Shown: positions 14,216 through 28,175 of the stretch, piece by piece | Numbering within the stretch: position 1 is the first letter of the stretch | Layout of the letters: every line of letters begins with the position of its first letter | From: Octopus vulgaris | Taxonomy: Eukaryota | Direction of reading: 5' to 3' | Assembly: GCA_951406725.2 (NCBI GenBank) | Contig: OX597837.1 | Location: forward strand, 4,650,001-4,714,000 | Length of the DNA stretch: 64,000 nt | Position numbers and translations under genes: made by a program | Notes under the pieces: model-generated | The model's database searches: none | What the model saw: only the letters and a program-made list of their open reading frames with translations | Told to the model about the DNA's origin: nothing

Positions 14216-14620
14216 TCTCTTTCTCTCTCTCTCTTAATATATATATACATGTATACAGAGAGAGAGAGAGAGTGAGAGAGAGAGACAGTAAAAGTACGAG
14301 GCTTTAAATGATCTAGTACCAGGTTCGATTCTTTCGACCAAAAATTCTTCAAAGTGGTTGCCCCAGCTTGGCTCCAGACTAATGACTGAAGCACGTGAGT
14401 TAAAAGGTATACACACATGCATGTATACATACATACATACACACGCTTACATGCATGCACACAAATACAGGTATATATATATATATATATATATATATCC
14501 ACACACGCATATCTCGCTATATATGCATGTATGTATGTATGTATGTATGTATGTATGTATGTGTGTATGTATGTATGTATGTATGTATGTATGTTGTATG
14601 TATGTATGTATGTATGTATG

Positions 14621-14688
<68 letters not shown>

Positions 14689-14690
<2 letters not shown>

Positions 14691-15648
14691 AAGTAATTCA
14701 GATTCAGTTGAATTAGGTACTGAAGTTGAAGCACCAAGTCAATCCGGTATTATCCGCACAGGTTGAAATAATGTGAATAAAATCAATATAACTAACAGGA
14801 TGTCAAGTAGTAATGCCCTACGACCGTTTCATGCGGTTTCATTTAATTGATCAATGCAATCATTACTTCAATCTAAATACAGCGCTATCTTCAGTTTCAC
14901 AAATATGTATTTTCAACAGGTAAAATATATAGATATAATATTTTTTAAATAGTTTAACAGAGCAAACAGAGAATAGATGATATATAGACAGAAAAGATGA
15001 ATTTTTGGAAGTAAGGTAAGTGAGTTATGGTAAGTAATATGAAGATAAATTGTAGAAATTATTATCAGATGAGGGGTAGATATTATTTTAAAAAGCATCA
15101 GTGTTTTTCTAATGTAACACATGTAAACTCGTTCATTAAAGGTGTTTACCAGTTTATGCTTAGAGAGGAGTGCTTATAGTTGCTAGTCCGTACAAAGGGG
15201 ACAAACAGATTTCCCATGTCACAGGGGAAGAAACTTCATAAAATTTTCCAGTCTAACGTTCCAAATTTGCTTAAGTCCTATAGAATTACGCTTATGACTG
15301 TATTTAAAAGTTAAACGACGTTTCGCGATACGTTATTTCAACTCCGTTGGAGATAATCCAATATAAAAAAATTCTTTAGAACCACATGTAATTTTGCATT
15401 GGGAAACAACATTTTCAATACGGCAATTTCCATTGAGGACGCACGTTTTATACATGCTACAGTTGCAAGGCTTAGAATCATTGATATTATTATTCAAGGA
15501 GAGATAATCGTTAATATTATTAATGTTATTACGAGAGACTGTATTACCTTAAAGAATATAGTTTTTGTGCGACGAAATAATCTGCAGGATATTACTATTG
15601 GAGAAGCCAATTCTGATACAGTGATTGTTGAATACTGATTGGTATCTG
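14689..15648 (-). mobile_element. Penelope-like element 3' fragment (linker, CNC..C..C knuckle, GIY-YIG, 3' UTR) ending in (TA)n
   Basis: Minus strand reads ..IRIGFSNSNILQIISSHKNYIL*...KPCNCSMYKTCVLNGNCRIENVVSQCKITCGSKEFFYIGLSPTELK*RIAKRRLTFKYSHKRNSIGL, with stops and frameshifts. An HHR-like ctgaaga...gaaacggtc lies at about 14820-14893. Related to 51480-52198. Confidence 0.8.
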
Positions 15649-16019
15649 GAATGAACGGGCAAATTTCTTTCGATAGCTTTCTCTATATAAAATCTACCCG
15701 GTTCGGCAAAAGAGACTGATAGGCTTAAAAATAAAAATTACTACGGTTGAATCATTCGACTAAATTTCTTCAAAGCGCTGCTCCAGCATAGCCGCAATCT
15801 GATGCTTGAAACAAGTAAAGGAGATCCGTCCGGACACTCAGCACAATAAAGATTCATGACAACATCTCGATGCATAATGTCCAAACCTTTGGCGATTCCA
15901 CCAATTCCAAGCACTGGACTGGAACTTAATTTTAATTGGTAAAACATTACATCTGCGCTATTTGAACCCAGAATGTAAGGGACCGCTGCAAAAACGTTTC
16001 TAACAATTTTGACCACCTT

Positions 16020-16273
16020 TATCAACATGATCATCATCATCATGACCATCATCATTATCATCATCAATATCATCATCATTATCATCATCGCCATTATTAT
16101 CATTATCATCCTCATTCTCATCCGCAGTATCAGTAGTCGCAGCAGCAGGAACCGCAATAGTAGCCGCAGCAACCGCAGCCGCGGTACCAGCTAGAAGAGT
16201 CGTCAGCACGTGGAACAAAATGTTTAACGTGCTGACGATTCTTCATAATGATGATACTATTGATGATGATGAA

Positions 16274-16305
<32 letters not shown>

Positions 16306-16425
16306 CGATGATGATGATGATGATGATGACGACGACGATGCCCATGATAGTGATGATGAAAATGATGATGGTCATGATGATGATGATCATTAAGAACTAT
16401 CCCAGAGTCTTTCAGAAATAACAAT

Positions 16426-16464
<39 letters not shown>

Positions 16465-16492
16465 AATAATAATCATAATAATAATAATAATT
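16020..16492. repeat. degenerate (ATC/GAT)n, (AAC)n and (AAT)n arrays
   Basis: Directly visible. Confidence 0.9.
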
Positions 16493-16601
16493 CTTTCTAT
16501 GAAAAGCATAAGGCCTCAAATTTTAGGGGAAGGGTGCTGTGGATTATATATGTGCCCAATGACAAAAGAAACACATGTGTACATGCACACAGATACGCAT
16601 A

Positions 16602-16639
<38 letters not shown>

Positions 16640-16730
16640 TGCGTGTGTATATATATTTATATATTTATGTGTGCATGTGTGTGCACGTGTATATATGTAT
16701 GTATGTATGTATAAGTATATATGAATATAT

Positions 16731-16786
<56 letters not shown>

Positions 16787-18125
16787 GTATACATACATAA
16801 CCTATATGTATATAGAGAAATGCACGTATGTATATTAAATCTTATGTTTACATACATGCATATATGTGTTTTTATTGTAAGTATGTAAGGTCATTTAATC
16901 AATTCGCTTCGATCCGTTGCATCTAGCTTTATGAAAGCAAAGGCAACATATTTTGATGCTTGTATACATAATGTGTATGGCTTCGGAATACGAGAATAAT
17001 TTGCTCTTAGATCAAAAGTATTAATGTTCTCGGTTGTTGCTAATAAATTTTGATGTTCATATCTCGATGTTATTTTTCATGTCTTCATGCCGACGCAAGT
17101 GATAAGACTTGAATTTACTCAAAGAAAGAACGGAACACACAAACCCATCCATGCATAATAAGTAATAATCTCCCTGCTATGATATGTCATAATGTGTGAT
17201 AAATGCCTTTGTGTTTTGTGTTTTTACGCGAAAGAGGTCGCAATCTTGCTGATCTCCTGATAGAAGATTTGGGATCCCATTTACACTATTCAATCTCTCT
17301 CTCTCTCTCCCATCTATCTCTCTCTCTTTCTCTCTCTTTCTCAGGGAAGGGGAAAGAAGTATTTTCATCTCTGTTATGAAGGAAAACTCATATGCTTGTA
17401 TTTAATTTCCTGGTATATTAATATCATTAGAGGTTTTAAGATTATCGTTTTTCCACGCTATTAAATTTATCTCCAGATCCTATATTTACGATATCTATAT
17501 CTATGTTTCGCTTCGACATGTTCGTAATTCGACCATCATCAGTCGACTTCATTCTGAACAGGTCTCACGACCCTTGACAGGCTTTCTAACAACAAACCTT
17601 TATTTATTTATAAATTTTGTGGAGCAAATCTGTCCATCTACCAATTTACTGGGCCATTAGAAACCCAGTTAGAAAGAAGATCGATATTTGTGGCTTTACA
17701 CAGACGCATGTTCAACAGACACATAATATTTTCCAAGTTCCCCGAGATTGGTGTTGGAACTTTTGACTGAAAGGAAGATAACCACAGCATACAGGTTATC
17801 TTTTGATTGGTGGTTTGATTAAAATATTTAGAAGAGAGGTAATTCCAGCAAACCTACCGAAAATGGTCCCATGTAGGTGTGTTAATCTCCTAGAGAGATT
17901 AGCTATCCCAGCGAATAAATCAAATCTGCTGGATATTACACCTACGTCTTCGACAGTGTCCCGAACGTATCACGGAGCAGGTGGGTGAAAATGTATGCAC
18001 ATATACATACATACATATACATATATGTATATATGTGTGTGTGTGTAATTGTGTATGTATATATATATATATATCTAAAAGCAATAATAAATTTCTGAGC
18101 GAGGTATAAACAGTAGCTGCACGAC

Positions 18126-18287
18126 ATCGTGAAGTATATTTGCCACTTAAATGTGGCTAACACTTAAGGGTGGATGCTACTGTTGCTTGTAGCCCCAGGT
18201 GGACACCTCCTCTAGCTGGGCTACAAGCAACAGTAGCATCCACCCTTAAGTGTTAGCCACATTTAAGTGGCAAATACACTTCACGAT
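18126..18287. repeat. long inverted repeat: 70-bp arms, 1 mismatch, 22-nt loop
   Basis: 18126-18195 (atcgtgaagtatatttgccacttaaatg...gtagccc) is the reverse complement of 18218-18287. Confidence 0.92.
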
Positions 18288-18549
18288 ATATACATGTATT
18301 TATATATATATATATATAAATGCATACGTGTGTATAAACATCCATGCCGAGATACATACATAATAGAGGGATGGTACTGCAAAATGAGGTGTTTTTCTAC
18401 ATTTTTTAATGAGACAATTTGTTTTTTAAAGTTCACTACCTTACAAAGACTATATCACCAAAGCAAAGGGTCTCCCCTAAATGCATTAAAATTATTATAG
18501 CATAACTTGATCACTATTTCAGAAACTTATCGCGATTCTCTTTAAACAG

Positions 18550-18603
<54 letters not shown>

Positions 18604-19118
18604 AAGAAGAGAAAAACATACCAGACTTCGTACTAGAATATGCGTAATTCTTTAAAATGAAATACCTATTTCGACTCCTTTTCGTCCTAAATGATACGCT
18701 CGTCTAAGATGGCATTGTGCTTGTCTTTCCTTTGGACATCATTGGAAATATTTGGAGGAAGCACCGCAGGCGTGGACAGTGTTGCCCTTCCCAACCAGAT
18801 TCTTATTCAGAGCTTTAGTTATGTCTAAGTGGTTGTAGAGATAGTCAGTATAGCGAAACCCTTCCCACAAATGTCTCATTATTACTTTTAAAGCCATCAT
18901 CAAACCAAATATTGCTATGTTTAACTACAATTGTTGTGACAGCTTTGCAATGACAACAGATTAAAAATTAAATATTGATGAGTAGTCAGAAATGGTTTTC
19001 ATTTCTTTATTGTTCAGGTGATCTCTGAGGCTGGGGGATGAGGGAAGAGAAGAAATAATTCTGACTGAGGATGCGTGACCATAGCGAGATAAATTGCTTT
19101 GATTGTTTGCAAAAACAA

Positions 19119-19625
19119 GGCGCAGGAGTGGCTGTGTGGTAAGTAGCTTGCTTACCAACCACATGGTACTGGGTTCAGTCCCACTGCGTGGCACCTTGGG
19201 CAAGTGTCTTCTGCTATAGCCCCGGGCCGACCAATGCCTTGAGAGTGGATTTGGGAGACGGAAACTGAAAGAAGCCTGTCGTATATATGTATAGTGGGAG
19301 AAAGTGCTAATGATCTAAGTGATATGATATATATGTAAAAAATGTAATATATAAATAAATATCTGTAAATATAAACCATCCGATCTTCTGATTACCTCAT
19401 TTCTTCTAATAATGTTTCTGTGTTTGTCCCCCTAGCATTGCTTGACAACCGATGCTGGTGTGTTTACGTCCCCGTCACTTAGCGGTTCGGCAAACGAGAC
19501 CGATAGAATAAGTACTGGGCTTACAAAGAATAAGTCCCGGGGTCGATTCGCTCAACTAAAGGCGGTGCTCCAGCATGGCCGCAGTCAAATGACTGAAACA
19601 AGTAAAAGAGATAAAAGAGATAAAA
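19119..19625 (+). mobile_element. SINE family 1 (tRNA-derived head, internal TA/CA tract, (TAAAAGAG)n-like tail)
   Basis: Head ggcgcaggagtggctgtgtggtaag...gggttcagtccc carries A-box- and B-box-like motifs. Tail is cagcatggccgcagtcaaatgactgaaacaagtaaaagag. Confidence 0.85.
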
Positions 19626-20044
19626 AAAGCGCAAGCATGGTTGTGTGGCACAAAGACCGCTTTGCAACCACGTATTTTCGGGTTCGGTCCCATTGCGTAT
19701 CACCTTGGTCAAATGTCATCTACAAGAGCCTCTGATCGATTATTGCTTTGCGAGTGAATCTGATTGTCAAAAATTGTGAGGAAGCCGCCGTATATGTGTA
19801 TATGCGTGTGAGTGTATATATATATATACGTGTGTATGCGTGACTCCATGCGTATGTGTATACGTGTGTGCTTATTTTTATCCCTCCATCGATTGAAAAC
19901 GATGTTTATCTTCACACCCATGCAAGTGCCAGTCTATCGCGTGTGGCGGGTGGATCTTGAATTTGCAACAAGCATTCTTAGTAGCTTAGAGTAGGCTGGA
20001 ATTAGAGATTATTCTTTGTGGCTAATGGCGTGAGTCCTGATTGG

Positions 20045-20080
20045 AAGAAGAAGAAGAAGAAGAAGAAGAAGAAGAAGAAG

Positions 20081-20112
<32 letters not shown>

Positions 20113-20274
20113 GAAGAAGAAGTAGAAGAAGAAGAAGAAGAAGAAGAAGAAGAAGAAGAAGACGAAGACGAAGAAGTAGAATAAGAATAAGAAGAAGAAT
20201 AAGAAGAAGAATAAGAAGAAGAAGAAGAAGAAGAAGAAGAATACGAAGACGAAGAAGTAGAATAAGAAGAAGAA

Positions 20275-20305
<31 letters not shown>

Positions 20306-20582
20306 AAGAAGAAGAAGACGAAGACGAAGAAGTAGAATAAGAATAATAATAAGAAGAAGACGAAGAAGAAGAAGAAGAAGACGAAGTAGAATAAGAATAA
20401 GAAGAAGAAGAAGTAGAAGAAGTAGAAGAAGAAGAAGTAGAAAAATAAGAAGAAGAAGTAGAAGAAGAAGAAGAAGAAGAAGACGAAAAAGTAGAAGAAG
20501 AAGAAGAAGTAGAAGAAGAAGAAGAGGTAGAAGAAGAAGAAGACGAAGAACTAGAAGAAGAAGAAGAATAAGAAGAAGAAGA
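20045..20582. repeat. about 540-bp interrupted (GAA)n purine tract
   Basis: Directly visible, with GAC/GTA/TAA interruptions. Confidence 0.95.
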
Positions 20583-22242
20583 TCATATTTAGTTAACCTG
20601 TAGTATGATGTACCGGTGTGGATCACGTATCATATGTCACATAACACGTGTCACACCTGCCTCTGACCCATTTGCGCCACCGAACGTCTAAGTTTTAGGA
20701 ATAGCAGTCAAAGCTTAAAAATAGAAATGAAAACTGGTATATGTTCCCTTAGATACACTATATATCAAAATAAAAAGTCAGGGTGGTCATTACTAGAACG
20801 TCTTTGTTCATAAACCTACGCTTTTATTAATCGACAGGAGGATAAAACAACGAAAACTACAACAAAGAACGACATTAGTCAGAAAGACGTGAAACTTTAA
20901 TGGCGACACTCTTGTGAGTTTGATGGGGGGGGGGAAGTTGCATGATGCAAAGGCATCAGGAAAGAGTTTGACAGTTGGCTACTTGTAAAGAAACCATCTA
21001 ACAATCCATTAGTGACATCTGATCAATTTGTAGCAGCAATCACTCAATGGGGAAATCAATATACCATTATCGAAAACGAAAATGCTATCCAAAAACTGAG
21101 ATACTTGCATGGTGAGAAAAGAAAATCAAATCTACGCGAATGGCGTACGACCGTCTAAAAAAGAAAATGTATAAATTTTATTCGTTATTGCTATAACTAT
21201 TGCGTTCCCTTTGAAGAATCGTTGGAGCGTCGGATAAAAACATGGTGAATGTTTACTGTTAATGTCCTTTTGGTTTTGTGTTCAAATACCACTGAGTTCG
21301 ATTTTGCCTTTTCATTCTTCCAAGGTCGATAAACAAGTTCAGTAAAATATCGATTTTCCAGAACTTTTCGTCCAAAATCCTTTTCTGATAAATGACTTTT
21401 TGTGCGATCCAGGGGTGGCCACTTTGTTCGACACACACTAAATTAAACAGTACTGCAGCTGCTGCAAGTGTAGTCCGGCCTTTGACTCACGAGATCCGCG
21501 ATCAACATTTTTCATACATTTTCTATTTACTTGAATAATTAAATGAAATAGAGATAGAATTTCCTACTCATATATTACTGCGGATTATTAAAAATTCCGG
21601 TCCAAAAGTTTCTAGAAAGACGGTGTTGTACTTCGACATGTCTCACCGATATAATCGGCTCCGTATAATCCTTCGTATGAACACTCCTGGCGACCTGTCT
21701 ATGTAACAAATCTTTATGACCTCGATTCCTTTCTAACAACACAGAATTTTCATGTCCTTTGTTTTTTTGCCATTTTTCTCTCTTCTCAATCCAGACAAAA
21801 AATATTATTTAGAATCCTCTACTTCCATACGGCATTTACATATGTTCGGCTTCGTCTTATTCTTGCCAAAGCAGATTTATGCCTATGTCAGATTTCTTCG
21901 ACTCTGTCTGCATTTCGAATAATGACTTTAATAAGCTAGTTGGAGTTCATTTTTTCTAGGATCATTATCGTCTCGAATACGCAAAGGTGAACTAATATTA
22001 ATGATTCAATCAGAAACATCGAATCAGCAAAACTGCGTTGCTACAAGGGATGTGGTAACACAGACAAAACAATTATTTTGCAGCTGATAAGAAAGGTCCC
22101 CTTCGGAAATTTCAATTAGCGCCAGAGCGGAGGTGGCTTAGTTCTAACAAATACAACATAACTTAAAAGTACAGAACACTAAGTAACATTGTCATATGAA
22201 ATATAATTACAAATGTATTAGAAAATGAGATTCTTTAATAGT

Positions 22243-22812
22243 CTTTTACTCATTTACTTGTTTCAGTCATTTGACTGCGGCCATACTGGAGCACCGCCTT
22301 TAGTCGAGCAAATCGACCCCAGAGTTTATTCTTTGTAACCCTAGTACTTATTCTATCGGTCTCTATTGCCGGACCGCTAAGTTACGGGGACGTAAGCACA
22401 CCAGCATCGGTTGTCAAGTGATGTTGGGGGGGGGGCAAACACAGATGGAACTCTTCGTCAGAAACATAGGAAAAGGAAAGATCCAAGGATGGGAAGACGG
22501 AGGAAAAAACCGCCAACGATACACACGCGGTCACGTAAGTGTATACTCTTTTAATATTTTACTTGTTTCAGTCATTTGACTGTAGCCATGCTGGAGCACA
22601 GACACACAAACATATACATACATATACATATACCTATATATACATATAGGAAGGGCTTCTTCCAGTTTCCGCCTACCAAATTCACTCACAAGGCTTTGGT
22701 CGGCCCGAGGCTATAGTAGAAGACACTTGCCCAAGGTGCCACACAGTGGGACTGAACCCGGAACTATGTGGGTTGTAGGCAAGCTATCTACCACACAGCC
22801 ACTCCTGCGCCT
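22243..22812 (-). mobile_element. SINE family 1 copy interrupted by a family A fragment and a duplicated SINE tail
   Basis: SINE 3' half 22243-22445, family A piece 22450-22535, second SINE tail 22545-22598, SINE 5' half to 22812. Confidence 0.8.
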
Positions 22813-22982
22813 ATACTGCATTTGTTGCGAGTGACCATGATGTTTATCTTCAGAAAATTGTTTAACACCAATCCGTCCTTCGACTCACGTGATCTACAAT
22901 CAACGTTGTTCATAAATTTTGTTTAAGCTTTGCACATATAAATTTACGTAAATCAAGGTACCCTTAAATCCTTTTCAATACG

Positions 22983-24332
<1,350 letters not shown>

Positions 24333-24543
24333 TATATTTATATATTTGTTGTGCAAGATTTTTTTATGTGAAGTCGTGTATTGAAACAGATATTGTTATA
24401 TTTCGGAATGGTCATTTTGCCAGTTTAGCCCACTCTATAGGAATAAGTCATGGAACACTATAGAAAGGACAAAAAGGAAAATACGGAAGGCCTACTCTTG
24501 GTATGACAGCCATAAATACCAGTGTTATGTTCGTTCACACCAC

Positions 24544-24585
<42 letters not shown>

Positions 24586-24590
<5 letters not shown>

Positions 24591-24786
24591 ATCCAAACAT
24601 GAAAACACAAAGAGAAAACACAACACGAGGACGTGGAACAAGTACAGTGTTGTTGGACGCTCAGGAAGGAAGGGAAGAAGGAAGAGTTAACGTTTCGAGC
24701 GGAGCTCTTCGTCAGAAACAGGAAAAGGAAAGATCCAAAGAAGGGAAGACGGAGGGAAAATCGCAAACGATACACACGCAGTCACA
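24586..24786 (-). mobile_element. HHR element family A
   Basis: Minus strand has ctgacga-a-gagc tcc gctc-gaa-acgt (about 24686-24719). The 3' end abuts (TA)n. Confidence 0.8.
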
Positions 24787-24804
24787 TAAGTATATACTCA
24801 TTTA

Positions 24805-25013
24805 ATCTTTTACTTATTTCAGTCATTTGACTGTGGCCATGATGGGGCACCACCTTTTAGTCGGGGAAATCGACCCCAGGACTTAGTCTTTGTAAGACTT
24901 GTACTTAATCTATCGGTGTCTTTTGTCGAACCGCTATGTTCGGGGGACGTAGACACACCAGCATCGGTTGTCAAGCGATGTTGGGGGGGGGGGGCAAACA
25001 CAGACACACAAAC

Positions 25014-25044
<31 letters not shown>

Positions 25045-25216
25045 CATATATACGACGGGCTTCTTTCAGTTTCCGTCTACCAAATCCATTCACAAGGCTT
25101 TGCTCGGCCCGACGCTATAGTAGACGACACCTGCCCAAGGTGCCACGCAGTGGGACTGATCTCGGAACCATGTGGTTCGTAGGCAAGCTACTTAAAACAC
25201 AGCCACTCCTACGCCT
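24805..25216 (-). mobile_element. SINE family 1, full length
   Basis: Complete head, core, internal CA/TA tract and tail. Confidence 0.88.
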
Positions 25217-25229
25217 ATAAATGTGTGAC

Positions 25230-25333
25230 ACTTACAGCACCTATGTTTCCCAAGCGGTCACCCATCTAAGTACTAACTCGGCTCGAATTAGAAGGAACGA
25301 GAACCAGTACTTCCAACGTGGTATGTCTGTAAA
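25230..25333 (-). pseudogene. 5S rRNA pseudogene with internal deletion
   Basis: Reverse complement ttacagacataccacgttggaagtactggttctcgt...gttagtacttagatgggtgaccgcttgggaaacataggtgctgtaag matches the metazoan 5S 5' end, box C region and 3' end. The box A region is disrupted. Confidence 0.85.
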
Positions 25334-25368
25334 GACAGAGAGGCAGATACATAGATAAGCAGATAGAT

Positions 25369-25661
25369 ATGTTTCTTTATTAGCAACACAGGTTTGCACA
25401 CAGACGGGACAGATTACAAAGTAGAGCTTTTCTTTGGGGAGAGAAAAAAGGGTGGGGTAGGTTTTCGATCAAAAGGGATCGTAAAAGGGAAATAAGAAAA
25501 AAGGAAAAAAGGGAAAAGAGAGAAAAAGGGGAAAAAACGATCAAAAGGGATCGTGTATCACAGTGTCATGATGTAAAGTGTAAAGGGGGAAGCAGATAAG
25601 GTTTATTCGTGGGAAGAAAAGCCAACGGAAAAGACCACGGTAACCTCGGTCAATAATGTTA
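25369..25661 (-). mobile_element. L1/Tx1-like LINE 3' UTR copy inserted in (GATA)n
   Basis: Reverse complement of 170-502 (ttgaccgaggttaccgtggtctttt...gctaataaagaaacat), with GATA repeats on both sides. Confidence 0.75.
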
Positions 25662-25667
25662 CGATAC

Positions 25668-25723
<56 letters not shown>

Positions 25724-26319
25724 TTTATTCAGAAGTTAGTTAATAAGTCGTAGAGCATCGGAGCAAAGGTGTGTAATAATAGTTCTTATCCTTGACGCTC
25801 TGGATTCAAGTAATACTTACGTTAAATTTTGTCATTACCGTAAGATGTTTGATATGAAGTAGACTTAAGAGCGACTTCTAATAGTTCCAAATATTTAACT
25901 GCCTTTTCTAATAGTTCTGAAGTTTCATGTGTTTTCATAGTTGAATTGTTACTAACAACGTCTGCAGATTATGCCTGTAAGACAGCTCGAGTGAAAGCAT
26001 AGAAACAGGCAACGCTACCAACTTCAAACCAAAACTAGTTTGCAGGCAGACAAACCTCACGTAGCAGAACTAACAGCTAATCATACCTGGTGAGGAGATA
26101 AAAATGTTCACTGAAAATGTATATTGTAGCTCAATTGAACTCAGATGTTAGATCTTGTTTTGTCTGTCAGTGTCCCTGCCGCAAAGAAGGATATGTTAGG
26201 AGAATATATATTCATAAATCAGCTTATTGGAAATTTGAACTGAGAAACATAATCCCTGCTCAAGCAAATACATACATATATAAATACGTACAAATACACA
26301 CACACACACACTCACACAC

Positions 26320-26390
<71 letters not shown>

Positions 26391-26483
26391 ATTAGAAAAA
26401 ACAAATTTCATCAATTCAATAATATATATGTGTGTATGTGTGTGTGTGTGTGTGTGATTGTGTGCGTGTGTATAACAATGCAT

Positions 26484-26572
26484 GCGGCTGAAGAGAGCTT
26501 TAAACCACCTTATATCTATTATACACTGATGTAAGAACAGGTCGTTTATAAAGCTTGAAACACGTGTACTGC
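26484..26572 (+). ncRNA. type I hammerhead ribozyme motif, intact core
   Basis: GCGG-CUGAAGA-GAGCUUUA...UAAAGCUU-GAA-ACACGUGU-A-CUGC. Stem I is 4 bp, stem II is 8 bp with a large loop, stem III is palindromic, and the triplet is GUA. It lies about 115 bp upstream of (TA)n. Confidence 0.78.
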
Positions 26573-26685
26573 GACATCCTTTGTGTTCTGTTTTTTTATT
26601 TTATTTGATATATTCCCCCTCACCTCTGCCACTAGTTGGCATGTACAGGTGCTTACACTTATCAAGTATTGACTCTAAATTTGCA

Positions 26686-26777
<92 letters not shown>

Positions 26778-27013
26778 ACACATACATATATATATGTGTA
26801 AGTATTGCTTTCATTTTTATTAAGACAGCCAAAATGCCGCTAAGCATCCTGCTCGGCCTGCTAACGCTTGTGCTAGCTCGCAGCCATATATGTGTGAACA
26901 TATTGATAATATATTACTGTGTCGAAGTTAATTATGTAACTCGCAGCTATAACCCATTCGAAGCTATTTTAGTTCTTTGCTTCTCACATCTTGCTCTTTT
27001 CGCGTTTTCACTC

Positions 27014-27060
<47 letters not shown>

Positions 27061-27112
27061 AAGAGAGAGAGGGAGAGAGAGAAGGGGAGAGAGAAATATA
27101 TAGTTGGATAGA

Positions 27113-27165
<53 letters not shown>

Positions 27166-27917
27166 TATAATGTGATATGATATGATGGGATGTGACGTAT
27201 TCATATATATATAACTTTTGAGAAAGATTTGTTTAATAAAGTTCTCAGGATTTTACTGAACAGAATTAGGAATGTGTAGGCGATTTATTGGTCGGTGTAC
27301 GTACACAGATCATATTATGTTTCCAAATAAATACATTCTTGATAATTTGTTTTACATAAACCTTATCCAAAGATTTGGATGCTGTCAAAAGTGATATAGA
27401 TGTAAATAATATTAATCATCTGGACGTTTCCGTTTAGATATTTAACAAATCTCTGGTGACTAATTAGTAGAATAAGACCGGTGAGTTGAACTTTATAGTA
27501 ACGTGTATGCTTTAGTCTGTATGCTCAGTAGATTTTATTTCCAGCCCAATTAATATCTGGAAAGATGTTATTTTAATTGATGAATGTTACTAATTATCTG
27601 AGACTTAAAATTAAGCAAAGTTATAAATCAACAATTAAATATACAATTTACTTGTAGCCTATGTTTATACTATAGTACAATTAAGGAAATCTGAAATTAT
27701 TTCATATTTACAATTATACTGAAAATTAGAAGTTCACTGCGCGTCGGATTTCCTGAATCCTTGCCTCACAATGAATAATTATTACAGGGTTAGGTTTAGG
27801 TTGTCTACCGCGCTAACATCACATCATGGCTTTTAGATTATTTTTACGGTGCCCACTCTCCATCAGCATTCAAGCCTGTCCCCTAGACCGAAAATTGAAA
27901 CTGTGATATTTTGATAA

Positions 27918-28175
27918 ATAATAAAAAATAAATGTGCCCTTTTAAAGCCTAGCCAGGTTCATGGGCCCGGTTTCCCGGTTTCTATGGCGTATGTGTTCCC
28001 CAGCTGGACGCCACTCCATCGCAGCGTTACTCATTTTTGCCAGCTGAGTGGACTAGAGCGACGTGAAATGAAATGTTTTGCTCAAGAACACAACGAGTCG
28101 CCCGGTCCAGGAATCGAAACTACAATCTTACGATCATGATGCTGACACCCTAACTACTAAGCCATGCGCCTCCAC
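27918..28175 (-). mobile_element. SINE family 3 (tRNA head, V/CORE-like body), full length with 13-bp TSD
   Basis: Head gtggaggcgcatggcttagtagttag...gtttcgattcctgg. TSD gatattttgataa at 27905-27917 and 28176-28188. Partial copies at 6505-6620 and 40389-40485. Confidence 0.85.

Noticed and set aside
15110-15330. In-frame TGA in the PLE endonuclease as possible selenocysteine
   Set aside because: The copy also has TAA stops and frameshifts, the TGA aligns to a non-Cys position, and I recognised no SECIS.
17480-17990. Possible decayed PLE fragment on the minus strand with an HHR-like core at about 17505-17545
   Set aside because: Peptide similarity is too weak by eye to list as a feature; it is counted only as a degenerate motif.
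19119-19200. tRNA-like sequence (also at 28100-28175 and other SINE heads)
   Set aside because: It continues directly into SINE bodies and lacks a full cloverleaf, so these are not tRNA genes.
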